Source: Phoronis australis (taxonomy: Eukaryota > Animalia > Phoronida). From it: a stretch of 64,000 bases of DNA. The stretch is from assembly GCA_002633005.1 (NCBI GenBank), contig NMRA01000189.1, positions 100,264-164,263 of the forward strand, written 5' to 3'. The translations under genes were made by a program, and so were the position numbers. The notes under the pieces are model-generated. The model was not told the origin of the DNA, searched no databases, and worked only from the letters and a program-made list of their open reading frames with translations. Below are positions 13,500 to 26,780 of this stretch, one piece after another. Every line of letters begins with the position of its first letter. Position 1 is the stretch's first letter.

Positions 13500-13647
13500 G
13501 GCCCAGTTGCATAAAAGTTACACGCCGTATACCAACAATGACGTCGCTTTATCACGCGTTACGTTGTTATTGTTGAACAATACACCTGACGTCATGCAAC
13601 ATTCAAACTTATCCAGCAGATAATTTTGAAGTTTATGCAACCCAGCC
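13500..13647. mobile_element. PIF/Harbinger-type MITE
   Basis: TIRs ggcccagttgcataaa / tttatgcaacccagcc flanked by CAG on both sides; degenerate relative at ~32994-33245. Confidence 0.65.
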
Positions 13648-14879
13648 CAGGTGATTACATGACATTTTTAGGTGCAAGTCAATGGAGAAACTGATGTAAT
13701 TTGCATCAGAACTATGCATTACACAGCGTGATCACATTATTACGTAAGCACATCACAACAAGGCGTAGCGACTGATTTTTGTTTGTCATTAAAGACCCAC
13801 TCATTGCTAATTAGGTCAAGGTGAAATTGCAAACTTCAAACTGGAACAAATCAAATCAGTGGCAGTAAGTCCTGTTGTACCAATCAGTGACGGAACTTCA
13901 TTATGTCGCGGTGTGTAATGCTACCTTACCATTGTAAAAAACACCATAAAATATGAATCGAAATAATGCGTTCGTCAAAGATGACGCCGCAAGGGACCTT
14001 ATTAAAAATACCAAATTTTTTTCACCCCAAAACATAAATTTAAACAAAGATGGCGCCACAAGAGACTGTGTTAAGCATACAAAAAGTGTTTCTCCCCAAA
14101 ACATGAATCAAAACATCAAATCACTCATGGTTCTCAAAGATATCTCTCCGTTTGAGGCTATTCAACGTCATTGCCGGTCTTCCTACTTGCTGGTACTTTT
14201 TAGATTCTTCATTACGTTGTGATTCCTGTGAAGTCATTACGCCGCACCAAATCAAGATAATGAGGTAAGACCTTTTAAACAATTTAATGATTACCATTTT
14301 CCAAAAATGTCAATTAGTGTAAATTAATTGCAACATGTTGGGGTAAAATTTGATCACTTGACATTTCCTGTTCTCCCACACTGTCAGAGGGCTGGTTAGT
14401 GCAGCGACTTATTCATGAGCATGGCTACAGTTGAACATATATGGTTAAGTGTTTTATGTTGTGCTATGCTTTATCAAGGTAGTAGCACCCAAGAAGTCAG
14501 TAACCTTGAAGCATTCATTTTCCATCGCACAGTTGGACATGTACACTCCATTATGGGTGTGTAACATTTCAGAATCACAAGTTTTATCTAGAGAGTCAGC
14601 ATTATGAGACCCATTTGTTGGCAGTTTCTGTGACAAGTCATCCTTTTGTAGTGTTTTGCCCTTGACATTTTTAAGCCTTTGTAAAGGGCGTAACCATACA
14701 AAAGGTTTATTTAGTTAAATAAAAACTCTCCACTTTTGCATGAGGGGCTATCAAAAATAGGAAATGAATTTTATAAAACTGTGCAGCATTTTTGAGATCT
14801 CTTCCTGAGCATTTGTAACAAACAATATTTGATCATGTTATTGAACATTGTCTTTTCCTTTGAACTTACCATGATTCTT

Positions 14880-15170
14880 TTTTGCTAAATTTCGCTGAAA
14901 ACATAATAACAGTTTCAAAATATTACTAAGTGTATTCACAATAATCAAAATGTCTTCATATCAAAGGGAGATTGATGGGTTAAAATATCACAAGTGTTTG
15001 ACTTTATTACTCTCCACTGAATAGAATGACATTCTTACTTTAATTGCTTTTTTAAAAACAGATTTTGAGAAAGCTTTTGATTCCGTTTCCTGGAATATGG
15101 TTCATAGTACCATGTCATTTCTAATTTTGTATCCTCTTTTTCATATAAAGCAGATTCATGGATTAATGAA
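14880..15170 (+). mobile_element. L1/Tx1-like LINE reverse transcriptase relic
   Basis: Frameshifted IHNNQNVFI/KGRLMG*NI (cf. IHxDQxGFIKGR) and DFEKAFDSVSW at 15061-15093. Confidence 0.7.
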
Positions 15171-15343
15171 ATGATTATGCCATCTTACACTTAGTCCAGT
15201 CTTTGGTTTGTGAATTCAGTCTATCTAAAATTGTGAATCTTTTGTGTCTTGATAAACTTTATTTTTACAAAGAAAGCTTATAATAAAAGCTCAAGATCAT
15301 GTTTTGCCAACTTCAGACGGGAGGTACACAAATTATTTGAATA

Positions 15344-15643
15344 CAGAAAAACACTCTCCAGTTTGGGACAATGAAATTTGATTATTTTGCTCAAAGTCGA
15401 AGCTCGCACCAAAGTTGATAAGCAATGTTGGCCATCCCAAATTCAAGGGTAACAAGAAGGGTGAATTTTGTATTGGCACGTATTTTCCACAATTTTATCT
15501 TGGACTTTGTTGATACAAACTGCAGTGTCCAATATTTGAGAAACATGTTGAATGCCAAGTTCCCCATGTCCCAAAAATTCAAATTTGGCTTGAATTTCAG
15601 TGTCTCAAAGTTTAGAGCCAACCAAACTGGAGAATTGTTACTG
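15344..15643. mobile_element. TA-flanked MITE (Tc1/mariner superfamily)
   Basis: TIRs cagaaaaacactctccagtttgg / ccaaactggagaattgttactg with TA on both sides; related copies or fragments at ~27040-27430, ~44400-44620 and ~55525. Confidence 0.6.
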
Positions 15644-15898
15644 TAATTTTGAAAAGTTCATTTCGTCCAGTATTGCAAATAGCTGTTGTGTTAAAGAGGC
15701 CCCCCCCTGATCCTAGTGTATTCGTAGGTCTTTGGTTATTGGCCCACTTGGTTGAATGTGTGCATGGATGTATGACATATTATATCACTTCACTGTTATG
15801 TTTCTATTTGGTTATCATTGATTGTCTTTGCTTTAAAAATTGCTATGGAATCTACTACATGTTATGAGGGTGTCATTCTGGGGCTCTGGTTAACGATT

Positions 15899-17553
15899 AT
15901 GATTTTAAAGGCTCATGCAATACGATTTTTGAAAACCATCATTTTAGTTTTTGTTTTTGTTCTCAGGGTGAGTTGTCAATGCTTCCTTCTTACACATGAT
16001 GAATGCTGTGAAGTTCATTGATTACTTCGTGGGAAGATTCAACATTCTTAACTTGATTTAGTCCTGTTTGAAATCTCTGATTTCGGCTTGTCTTAATTAG
16101 CACAGTGCAGAATTCTGCAGCTTTCCTAGAATTTAAAGGGGTTAACAACTATCGTAATCTAAAATTTAAAAACTATTGGAGTTCGAAGTAACGTACATTT
16201 GATTTCACCAGCATATTATTTGTTGCATCTTACTTCTGAAACAAAACCAAGAAGTTAAAAGCTTTTCAGATTTAGAAAACCTGAAATGGATTAGATACAC
16301 ATATTTTTTTGTTTCTTGTTTGCCTTCAAGGAAAAGTGACAAAACCACGGATATTCTGTCCCTTCACTGTACTAAATTGGAACCCTGCATTGTCAGAATC
16401 TGCCTGGTATGTATCAAAAGCTTTCCATCCAAGTACAGAGAATTACTAATTAAAATATATTGCTTCCTCATAGTTTTTGTCTAACATTTGTTCGATGTCA
16501 AGATTGCTTTGTTAATAATGACGCAAGGTTCAATTTGGCGACCTGCAGGTTGGCAGTGTGACCTCAGATTTTGGCAAATAATCCCCCAAGTCTCCATGTA
16601 GTCGCACAACAGGAATTAAATAGACAGGAGTCTAGAGTTATTCGGCAAAAAAATGGCATGCTAAAAGGTTTACTGTCATTTTCTTTTGTTAGGAGCGAAA
16701 CGAGGGCAAAATAACGGCTGTCACANATGATTTTAAAGGCTCATGCAATACGATTTTTGAAAACCATCATTTTAGTTTTTGTTTTTGTTCTCAGGGTGAA
16801 TTGTCAATGCTTCCTTCTTACAAATGATGAATGCTGTGAAGTTCATTGATTACTTCGTGGGAAGATTCAACATTCTTAACTTGATTTAGTCCTGTTTGAA
16901 ATCTCTGATTTCGGCTTGTCTTAATAAGCCCATTGCAAGATTCTGCAGCTTTCCTAGAATTTAAAGGGGTTAACAACTATCGTAATCTAAAATTTAAAAA
17001 CTATTGGAGTTCGAAGTAACGTACATTTGATTTCACCAGCATATTATTTGTTGCATCTTACTTCTGAAACAAAATCAAGAAGTTAATAGCTTTTCAGATT
17101 TAGAAAACCTGAAATGGATTAGCTACACATATTTTTTTGTTTCTTGTTTGCCTTCAAGGAAAAGTGACAAAACCACGGATATTCTGTCCCTTCACTGTAC
17201 TAAATTGGAACCCTGCATTGTCAGAATCTGCCTGGTATGTATCAAAAGCTTTCCATCCAAGTACAGAGAATTACTAATTAAAATATATTGCTTCCTCATA
17301 GTTTTTGTCTAACATTTGTTCGATGTCAAGATTGCTTTGTTAATAATGACGCAAGGTTCAATTTGGCGACCTGCAGGTTGGCAGTGTGACCTCAGATTTT
17401 GGCAAATAATCCCCCAAGTCTCCATGTAGTCGCACAACAGGAATTAAATAGACAGGAGTCTAGAGTTATTCGGCAAAAAAATGGCATGCTAAAAGGTTTA
17501 CTGTCATTTTCTTTTGTTAGGAGCGAAACGAGGGCAAAATAACGGCTGTCACA
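15899..17553. repeat. 827-bp direct duplication either side of a single N (15899-16725 / 16727-17553); probable unmerged haplotypes
   Basis: Near-identical copies (about 10 substitutions by eye) joined at n16726. Confidence 0.9.
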
Positions 17554-18767
17554 TCTGAAAACCCCCCAACAGCGACTTTTTCTTGAGATGCTGTATGCTG
17601 TAATACTCAGTGATGCTCGCACATTGTTTTTAGTCGATCAGGAAAACAGGTAAGTACGCCACGACACCACTTCGCCATTCTGTGCTTCCCTTGATTTTGT
17701 CAACCTTATTTCCCTTTTGGCGACTTTGTAATTTTGCTAGGTTGCTCTTGACGTTTTGGCATTGTGCTAAACATTGAGCACCATGACATAATTTTGGAAT
17801 CGAAAAAAGTGCAATTTTAGGTAAGAACTTGGCAATACACCACCAGATGATTTCTTGAAGTATTTTGTATACAACATCAAAATAAGCTGTCGTGACCTTT
17901 CCTATTGCTTGCATCAAAGATAGTGTGTCAAAATTGATTTTTTAACACATTGAAATATTTAATCAAATTGTATGTGTTGCTCATCTCTCTGGCGAATAAA
18001 ACAAGTGAATAATTTGTTTTATTGATTTAATTAACATAATTACAGTTTAACAATAACCCCTCTGTTTGTCTCTGATACTGTCCCTGATTAAGGTGACAGA
18101 GTTAATCAATAATTTGTTCAATAAGTCTTTAGTTGTGAAACGGTCCCTGGCTGATAACTGCAGTTGACTTGATCAATAAAATATCTTTGTATGACAATTC
18201 TTTTGGGGAATACGTCCGCTGGTCGTATGGATCTGTTAGCCGAGCAAAAATCAATATATTGAGACGGTATATTTGCGTGCACTCTTCTACCCATCAGCCA
18301 CACGGCTAGTCTCCACTGGCTGCGCTGTTCTTCACTAATTACTGCTACACTTGTGTCATCCATCTGTGAACCAGGTGAGTCCTTCAGCGCGAGGTTTTCT
18401 TTTGGAGTCTAGTGACTATCATTGTTTATGCTGTAATTTTCTGCGAATGCACCACGCTGAGTGCCAGGTCTGCACCTGGCCTGTTGTATTGGGCTGATAA
18501 GAGAGATCAACATAGTGAAATACACTTTGTTGCTAGATGGCGCTAGGGTAGTTGAAGGACAGTGTTCAGCTTTCTTGTATGGATTTAATGCAATGGGATA
18601 TTTTGCTGGATTTTTCGTAACTTCTTTGCCACCATCATGCCATGAACGAGTCGCATAAAAATGTCTAGCATTGCAAAATATCTGTGAATGAAAGAAATTG
18701 CATTCGGCCTGGTCAACTTGGCCCACCTTCCACACCCAGATGAAAAATTGGGTCATGTGACATTCTT

Positions 18768-18808
18768 ATGTGTGTGTGTGTGCGTGTGTGCGCGTGCGTG
18801 CGTGTGTG
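18768..18808. repeat. (TG/CG)n alternating purine-pyrimidine microsatellite
   Basis: atgtgtgtgtgtgtgcgtgtgtgcgcgtgcgtgcgtgtgtg; a similar tract lies at ~22467-22495. Confidence 0.85.
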
Positions 18809-21800
18809 GAATGTTTCCTATTTGCATTGAGTATCATTACAAGGGATGTCTTCATTTCTGAAGGTGGCACGACTCTCATGTACTGCATTCATCATGCGTT
18901 TACTGAGGATTCCGTTTTGCTGAACTCCCAGATCACATTTGTAGGCAGCTACCGGGTATTTCAGTTTCGTTATTTGTCTCTGTGTAGGGCATGCCATACA
19001 GATGTAATGTAGAAATGGTGTAGACATGTTGTACTGTCAGGTCATGCATCATGAATGAATGTGACGGTGTCCAAATTGCATTTTGTATTGTACTGGCGAA
19101 GTCCAATTGATCATTCAGTCCGACATTTGTCTTAAACCTGGCGGAATGGTCGAGGAGTCGATGGATTCTCTGAGACGAATATTTTGCATGTACTACTTAA
19201 GTCTTAACACAAAATTTCTAATGTCAGACTAGGAAACAAGTAGTACCTGCCGCCTCTGGTAAAGTGATTGCGCTGCTTCATTACATTTGTGATGGGGTAG
19301 ATGCATGGATATATGAAACCTGCAAAGCTCATAGTTGTGCTGCGTATTAGACGAGGATAACTTTCTTGTAGCTTGTGAATAAGTTGTTAATTGCACCTAG
19401 CCATGCAGCATGTTATTCTTCAAAATATTTGCTTGTCCTGTCCTCCCATAGGGGGGGAGGGGGTGATAGGTATGTGCCACCAAGTCGGATAAGTATGTTG
19501 ATGTCTTGTGTATGGTCTTCTGTGGGTAATTGACCTATCGCCAGGACTTTGAGTGACAGCTTAAGTGACCAATCAGAATGCAGCATTCTTGACACACCGT
19601 TTCCAAGCTGCCATTTTACCCGACAAACAACACATTGCCGGGTAAAACTTATTGTTTGTTTGTCGACATTTTGCAAGGGGGCGGAGCTTGCAATTGGTCA
19701 ATTGGCTTTGCAGTGTATCCTGCTTACATTTAGGTATCATCCCAGATAGGTAAACAAAAGTGGGATCAAAAAATTTTTTCATAATGTTTCGGGTGTATTT
19801 TTTCACCACTTGTCTGTTGTTTAGTAAAATCTACTGAGACAGAAAGACGCATATATCTAAGAACAAGGGTGTTAAGAACATTGGGTTAATATTATTTGAT
19901 ATAAATGTTCAAGGTAAAATCTCAAGAACGCATTATACATTTCGAATTGGCTAACCACATTAATCTCTCAAATATTATGTGGAGTTGCTGGTGGTTTTGA
20001 TTAAGGTTGGCCAACCCAATAAATTCTGAGGCATTTTCTTCAGTCGCTGATGGTTTCGACATTCTTGTTGGTAACGGAATAGAATCCTACCACTGTAAGG
20101 ATTATTATCAGACCGATTTTGTGAAAGTAAAAGGCCTAATCTATTTCCATTTTTTTGCCAGCTAAGCAAGGCTGAGATGCGACTTTAAATGATATTAAAA
20201 ACACACACTAACATGCAGAAAGACAGTTGTCCTTCTTGATTATTGCTTCCTGATGGATGTCATATGCAGCGATGGCTCCGAATGTAATGAAAAATAATTA
20301 TTCAGTTATTTATTTATACACAAAGTACAGTAAGGTTATCGCTGTCCTTTAATTGTACTGCGCCGATATGATTGCTTCTTCACCTGTTTTAATTTGCACA
20401 TAGGTGAATTGTTTATTTATTTATTTTTGATGTTAGTCAGTAGTGCGTGTGTGATGTGAGTGAATGAATCCTCGCCTCATGGAAGAGCTAACTGTAAATG
20501 TGCTCAGTGAATAAATATCTGAAATACATTTTAAACTCTTTGGTTACGGTAAATTGGATAAGGCAAAGATTGACCCATGACCCTCAATATACACTGCATG
20601 AGCTAACCAAAGGATTCTACACTGAGTTTGCCCGACTTTGTGTGGGTGTGTTTATACTAACACAAGATGCGTCATTGTTACTGCAATCTAGTTTGGTGGA
20701 GAGATGGTAGTATATCAAGGTTGATGTTAGCAGCATGCGTGTCACTGTGGCTAATTGATTAATAAGGTGTGTAATTAATAGTTAATGGTAGTGACCATGA
20801 CCTTGTGAGGTAGTGTCAGTGACATAATGGAATGTTCATCTACGTGTTCTTCTTGTGAATGAATTGGTCTCTTAATTGCAAGGTAACTTGTAACCTTGAC
20901 CTTTGAGTATTACCAAGGGAGTGAGAAGAAGGAATGCTGGAATTGATTGCTGTCTTTAGTGATAATTTTTCTGATCAGTCGTATAGGTTCAAGATTTTAA
21001 ATTAGACAGTGTAGTGATAAAAAGTTGCTCAAGCCGTAGTTTGAAGTACTGCATTATCTGACTCAAAAGGAAGGTGAGGCGTTCATTTCATCAGTAGTGT
21101 AGTTTGTGCTCGGTAGCTATTATAAATAAAACTTTGGTAAAATTGGGTACGTTTAAGAAATTTAATCAGCATTTGAAAATGGGAAAATGGATGCATGTTG
21201 TCTTCTGGAACTTAAGATTATTAGGAGATGAGACTCATTTGACACGCTGCTTTGCCTAACAGCCTATGGAGTATAAAATGTCGAAATCCGGGCCAATCCC
21301 CTGAGATCCCCATGCGCTTAACTGCGTGTTACCTGGTTGAATGTAAATCTGTCGGCGAATTCAATGGTCAGCAAGCTGTTGAGGTGCCATAACAGTGTTA
21401 AGAATGTGCGGCACAGTTACCATCGTGTTGCATAACCTGGCATAAGATCTATACAGTCATTAAACTCCTCACCGGATAAATCAGGGTGACGTCTTATTTG
21501 AACCTCAAGTGAATTCCTGTATTGGAAGTGGGACAAAAATCCACTTTCTTATCTCGCAAAAAGGTTTATAAATTTTCCAGGTGGAAAATAAGATGATGCA
21601 TCTACCGTCTAACCAGATGCCATGTGGATGTGATGTGTGACCAGCTCTGGAAATTTAATTTGAGTCGAAGGAGGCTGAGAGAATGATTTGCTTGATTGTT
21701 GGACATTTATTGATAAGATAAGAGATATATATCTGCATTTACGAGGATACTTAAGATCTTTTTACTCAACCTCCCTGCAGAATTGCTTTGTACTCTTATT

Positions 21801-24800
21801 GAATTTTCCTATTTCAGCCTACAATGCATTGCAATTGTTAATCGCATAATGACTCGATCAGTTAGGAGTGATTCATGTTGCATCCACTAATACAACTGTA
21901 TGTCTGTGGACATTGCTCATTGAAACCCAGTTTACAGTGTATTGGTCATGGTGCTGTATGTTTCTAGTTATTGGTATATTAGAATTGCAAGGCTTGCACA
22001 GATCACTTTCTACTGTTATATTTCTGCAGTCATAACTGCTAAAATTATCACTTTCTATTTCAAAAAAGCTGATTACCTTGGCTACTAATAACCAAATTTT
22101 CACAAAATGCAATTTTTGCTTCAATTACCTGATCATCTATACAGAAAATGTTGTGTTTTCTTGTGTGAATCGTCAGTCTAAAGTGTGCAGAGTCTAAGCT
22201 TTAAAAATAATCCATTGTTGGGTAGATTGTGAAATGTTATGTACTTGCTCGTTTGTAGATCTATGGGCTTGAAATTGGGGTGCTCCATCAAGGGGCTGGG
22301 CATGTTCTTATATAAATTTGACTCGCCAATGACCAAGCTATAATGCTGCCAAGCTTAAAAGATAAATCTGGTTTGTCAAGAAATCTTGAAAAAGCTTGTT
22401 GAACTTTTTTCAAACCCTGAATTCCAAACGTGGAAAATCTCATCTCTGAAATATATAGTGTGTTTCTGTGTGTGCGTGCGTGCGTGTGTGTGTGCAGCCT
22501 CTCATTCATACATCATCAGCATGTGTATCATCGCCTGTGCCAAAAAGCGGGACATTCTGATTCTGTGCGGGACCACAGGTCACAGCTTCAATATGTGGAA
22601 AATTCTGATTTTGTGCCAGGACACGGGACACAGCTTCTAAAAGCGGGACATCCCGGCCAAAAGCGGGACTGTTGGAAAGTATGGTTGTTAGTAGCATAAT
22701 TGAATCTAACCTTGAGAATCTCGTCATCAACCTAATCTCGTTTTTTACAGAATGTTGATCAAAATTAAGAAATACCAGACCTTGGCCTTTTCAACCGTGA
22801 CATTATGTAGCTCTTGGGTATACTCCAGTTCATAACAACAAATTGTCCTGCAATGTTGCTAGAAAAAAGCTTGAATAATGTATAATGTCCAAAATGGATA
22901 ATATCAATAACATTTTGTTGATCAATTTTCATTTGATATATTAAATGTTCAAGATGGACTCTCAAAGATGATGTTACAGTTTTCTAAATTTATTTTTCCT
23001 TTTGTTTTTGTTTTAATGCAGCTTTTGGGCGTTTTCATTAAAATCCTAAGTCCCAATTTTTATTGCCCTCATACTAAAGTCGAACATTTTGAAAAACAAT
23101 CCCTGACACTGTTTTGAAGAACTGTGGATAAAGTAAGTTTGCCAAATTTGGACATTTTTCTGGAGTTACACGTAACCGTAACATTGTTTTTCCCCCTGCA
23201 TTCTCAGAGGCAAATTCTTAATAGACTGCTAATGGACGTTTCTAGTAAAGCTATGGCATTAGACATTTAAAGTGGCTTTATTGTGAGTACTAAAATCTCC
23301 TTATTTGAAGGAATTGATTTACAGATTAGAATGATTATTGTACGCCCATCTTCCTATGCACAACTGAATAATGAATTGGAATTAATGAATTGTTGAAATT
23401 GACTCAGCATTTTGAATTTTTGTTTGTTTTTTTCAGAATTGATTTTAGTGTTTTTGTGCTGTCTACTAGCAAAGTCCTCTCCTTGACTTGTCATAAAAAT
23501 GAAGTAAATGTTATGGACAATTTTAAGACGGATTGTAGAAATGATGCTTTATAATCGGAATTGAGGCATTTATGAAAAATGAGTTGTCAGAGATGTGACT
23601 ATTTGGTGATCTTCATGCTTTATGTTGCTCGCAGTACATCCACACTCAATGCTATGTGATTCTAATCATTCTACCATTCCTCAAGAAGAGAGTCCTGGGA
23701 TGCTACCGAGATCTTAAGGATTTTAAGTGACTGCCATAGTCGAAGTGGACAGATTTAATTTTTCTTTGCCTTAAAAGATTCTATTCTTGTGCATAACACT
23801 TTCGTTAATTTCTTTAGTTTTTCTAATGATTGACTTGGGTAAAAATTCTCAAAATTTAAAACATTCTCTAAAATTTGGGACACCAATATTCTAACAGACA
23901 TTGAACGTCTTGATTCTGAAGATAGGGACATGAGTGACATTGGCGTTCATCATGTTACTCAAATTTGAACACTGCATTATGTTCCAACAGAATCTGGAAA
24001 TATAGTTGGCAGTTAAAAATCATCAAAAATAGCTGCCGAGGCAATGGTTTTTATGCATCGCAATAGTGTATAACATCCAGTTGCATGACAACCAGCCTTG
24101 CGATAAATTTTTTGAACTTGAAATCACAGAAGGGAGTATCTGCAAATATTATAGGTGCATTAGTTAGTGACTAGGTTGACCCCCCTCCCCTCATCTTAAG
24201 TACTCGTGAATGCTTTGAGCTACGGCCCACCACCTAAATCTCTGTTGGTAATGTCAAATAGCAACCATCAGTTCTCTAAACGACATGTGTTCGAGTAGCT
24301 AAGTATGAAATTGAAATAAGAGAAAATACGATGTTGTTGAGTGAAGATCCAAGGTTAGATAAATCTTAGTGCAAACTTTCTCATTTTGTTCTTAGTCCAA
24401 ATTTTACCACTGAAATGATTGAAAAACAGCCTGTTGAAAAAAATTTGCAAAGCACTGCTCTCCAAGTTTCATAGTGTTACATGGCAGCTATGCAGTGCTA
24501 ATTTCACAAGAATATAATCTTGTTACTCGTGTTGTTTAGGTATTCAATTATTAGTTTTGCATGATGTAAATAGCTTGGAAATACTTTACATTTTCATTAT
24601 CGACAAATTTAAGTTTGCCTCCATGGCACTCAATAGGTGCCATAAAAATGAAGAGATAAGTCAGGCAATGAAAGGACACATAACCCCTTTCATGTCACTA
24701 GTGTAACTAGACCTTCAGAGATAAACCAATTTGGGATTTGGCTTTTAAATGTGGGAGAAAGGATTTTGTAAAATGCTGTGTTGTTGCCATCTGTGGCTGC

Positions 24801-26468
24801 CTTTTCTGACTAGTGACATGTTGCAAAGTATAAGGGCAAAATTGAAATGTGTAGCCTGTATTGCATCATACAAATTCCAAAATTTTGGGCATGGTTATTT
24901 TGCTAACTTTCTAGTAATTCTTGGATTTGGAATGGCTGGCCCTGTATTACCTTGTCTAAAATTTGGTACAAGCTCTGACCTTAAGCAAAGTATTTATAAT
25001 ATTTCACTGTACCGAAACGGAGAATTTATACAACACTTGTTATTTTTAACTGGGAACATTATGTTATAGACCCACATCAGACTCCCGTCAGTTTTGTATA
25101 TTGAATATTGTCTACAGAAGGAATGCATTACTGTTGTTAGTTATAAAGAAACAGTCATTGAAGACAAGACCTAACTGACCTTAAGCTAATCTACAGGTGA
25201 TGCCAAGATGACAGTGATTGATTTAAAGACTGATGAACCCTGTTATTGTCTTGGTAACCTGAGTTCTGCTCTGTTTTCACTACTCTCACTAATTGGATCA
25301 GCTGTGTAACAGGGATGCTAGAATGTGTGTAATGTAAACCACCAGATATGATGTGTATTGAGTGAGATATTGTTGATTGTAAGTCACCCCCTTTGCTCAA
25401 CACATTCCGTTTTTATGTCAGTGAAAAAAAAGAGTATTCTGGAGTTGGAAATTTTGGGTCGGCTTGGTTGTGCCACTCCAGGTGTTATAGTATTATGGTT
25501 CATCTTGTCTGGTGTAATGATTAGTCATGTGGACTTACAGAGAGCATTTATGGGATATTAGTGTTGACCAAGTGCTAGTTGTTTTTGTTTTTTTTTTAAT
25601 ACGATTATTTACCCAGAAAGCATATCATTAGTGATTAGTAGATATGGCTGGGGTTGGATGGCCCTAACTACATAAGTGCTACTTGTTAACGATCTTATAA
25701 CCACAAATCTGGTTTCGACAAATTAGATATTTTAATATCTTTAAAAAGACTTTCTCACACAGCTCTCTAAAACCAAATAATGCCTTGACGCATTGTAACC
25801 CTCCTCAACCCCCTAAAAAATGAGGAGTGAAATTTCAAATCTGCTTATAAAGTTTGCTATATGAGGTCAAACATAGTCTAGGCTTTAGGCGAGACAACAA
25901 CATTTGTAGGGAAAAACCAACCACCAAGAACCATGATATCCATTCTGCTACACTGAGTATGCATGTATATGCTTATAGCTGAATACTACCCTAGGCTTAT
26001 TACTCAAGTGAGATGTCAATGGTGCATAACTATCAGGGAACATAACAGTATTGGTTGAAATCACTAGAACAGTTTAGTATCCAGACAATTTTCCTCCCTT
26101 GTGGACGTTCTCACTAACAGCATTCTTTTTTCATTCTTGTTTCATGTGCCGTAACTGCAATCTTCCAACTACATTTTTTCTCATGAACTGCATGTGTTTA
26201 CTAGAGCCATGCCATGAAATATCACAATGAATCCCTTATTCATGGGTTTTTACCCACATATGCTGTGTAGGGCACGTTGCTCTGCTGATTCCATACCTAA
26301 ACACTAGATGGCGTGGCAGTCACCTGTTAGGCAGGAAAACTCAATTTAGTTCAGTCTGTAACATTTTTGGCGTAGTGATAATGAGCTTAAATCTCAATAG
26401 GTAAAAGATGAAGTATATAATGTGGATGATGAGAAGGCTCTTTTGCTTGTCAATGGACAGCTGTTGAA

Positions 26469-26780
26469 CGAGAGGTGTGGCAATAGACAATGTACCACTG
26501 CTGAACGATGTGAGAGGTGTGGCAATAGTCAATGGACCACTGTTGAATGACATGAGAGGTGTGGCAATAGTCAATGGACCACTGTTGAATGACATGAGAG
26601 GTGTGGCAATAGTCAATGTACCACTGCTGAACGATGTGAGAGGTGTGGCAATAGTCAGTGGACCACTGTTGAATGACATGAGAGGTGTGGCAATAGTCAA
26701 TGGACTACTGTTGAATGACACGAGGTGTGGCAATAGTCAATGTATCACTGCTGAACGATGTGAGAGGTGTGGCAATAGTT
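26469..26780. repeat. 42-bp minisatellite, ~7.5 copies, two unit variants
   Basis: Unit tgagaggtgtggcaatagtcaatg(g/t)accactg...; it explains the repetitive ORFs 26341-26733 and 26477-26782. Confidence 0.95.

Noticed and set aside
13587-13594. Full CRE palindrome TGACGTCA (another at ~51164, altered in the duplicate copy)
   Set aside because: One or two hits of an 8-mer are expected by chance in 64 kb; one lies inside a MITE; no supporting context.
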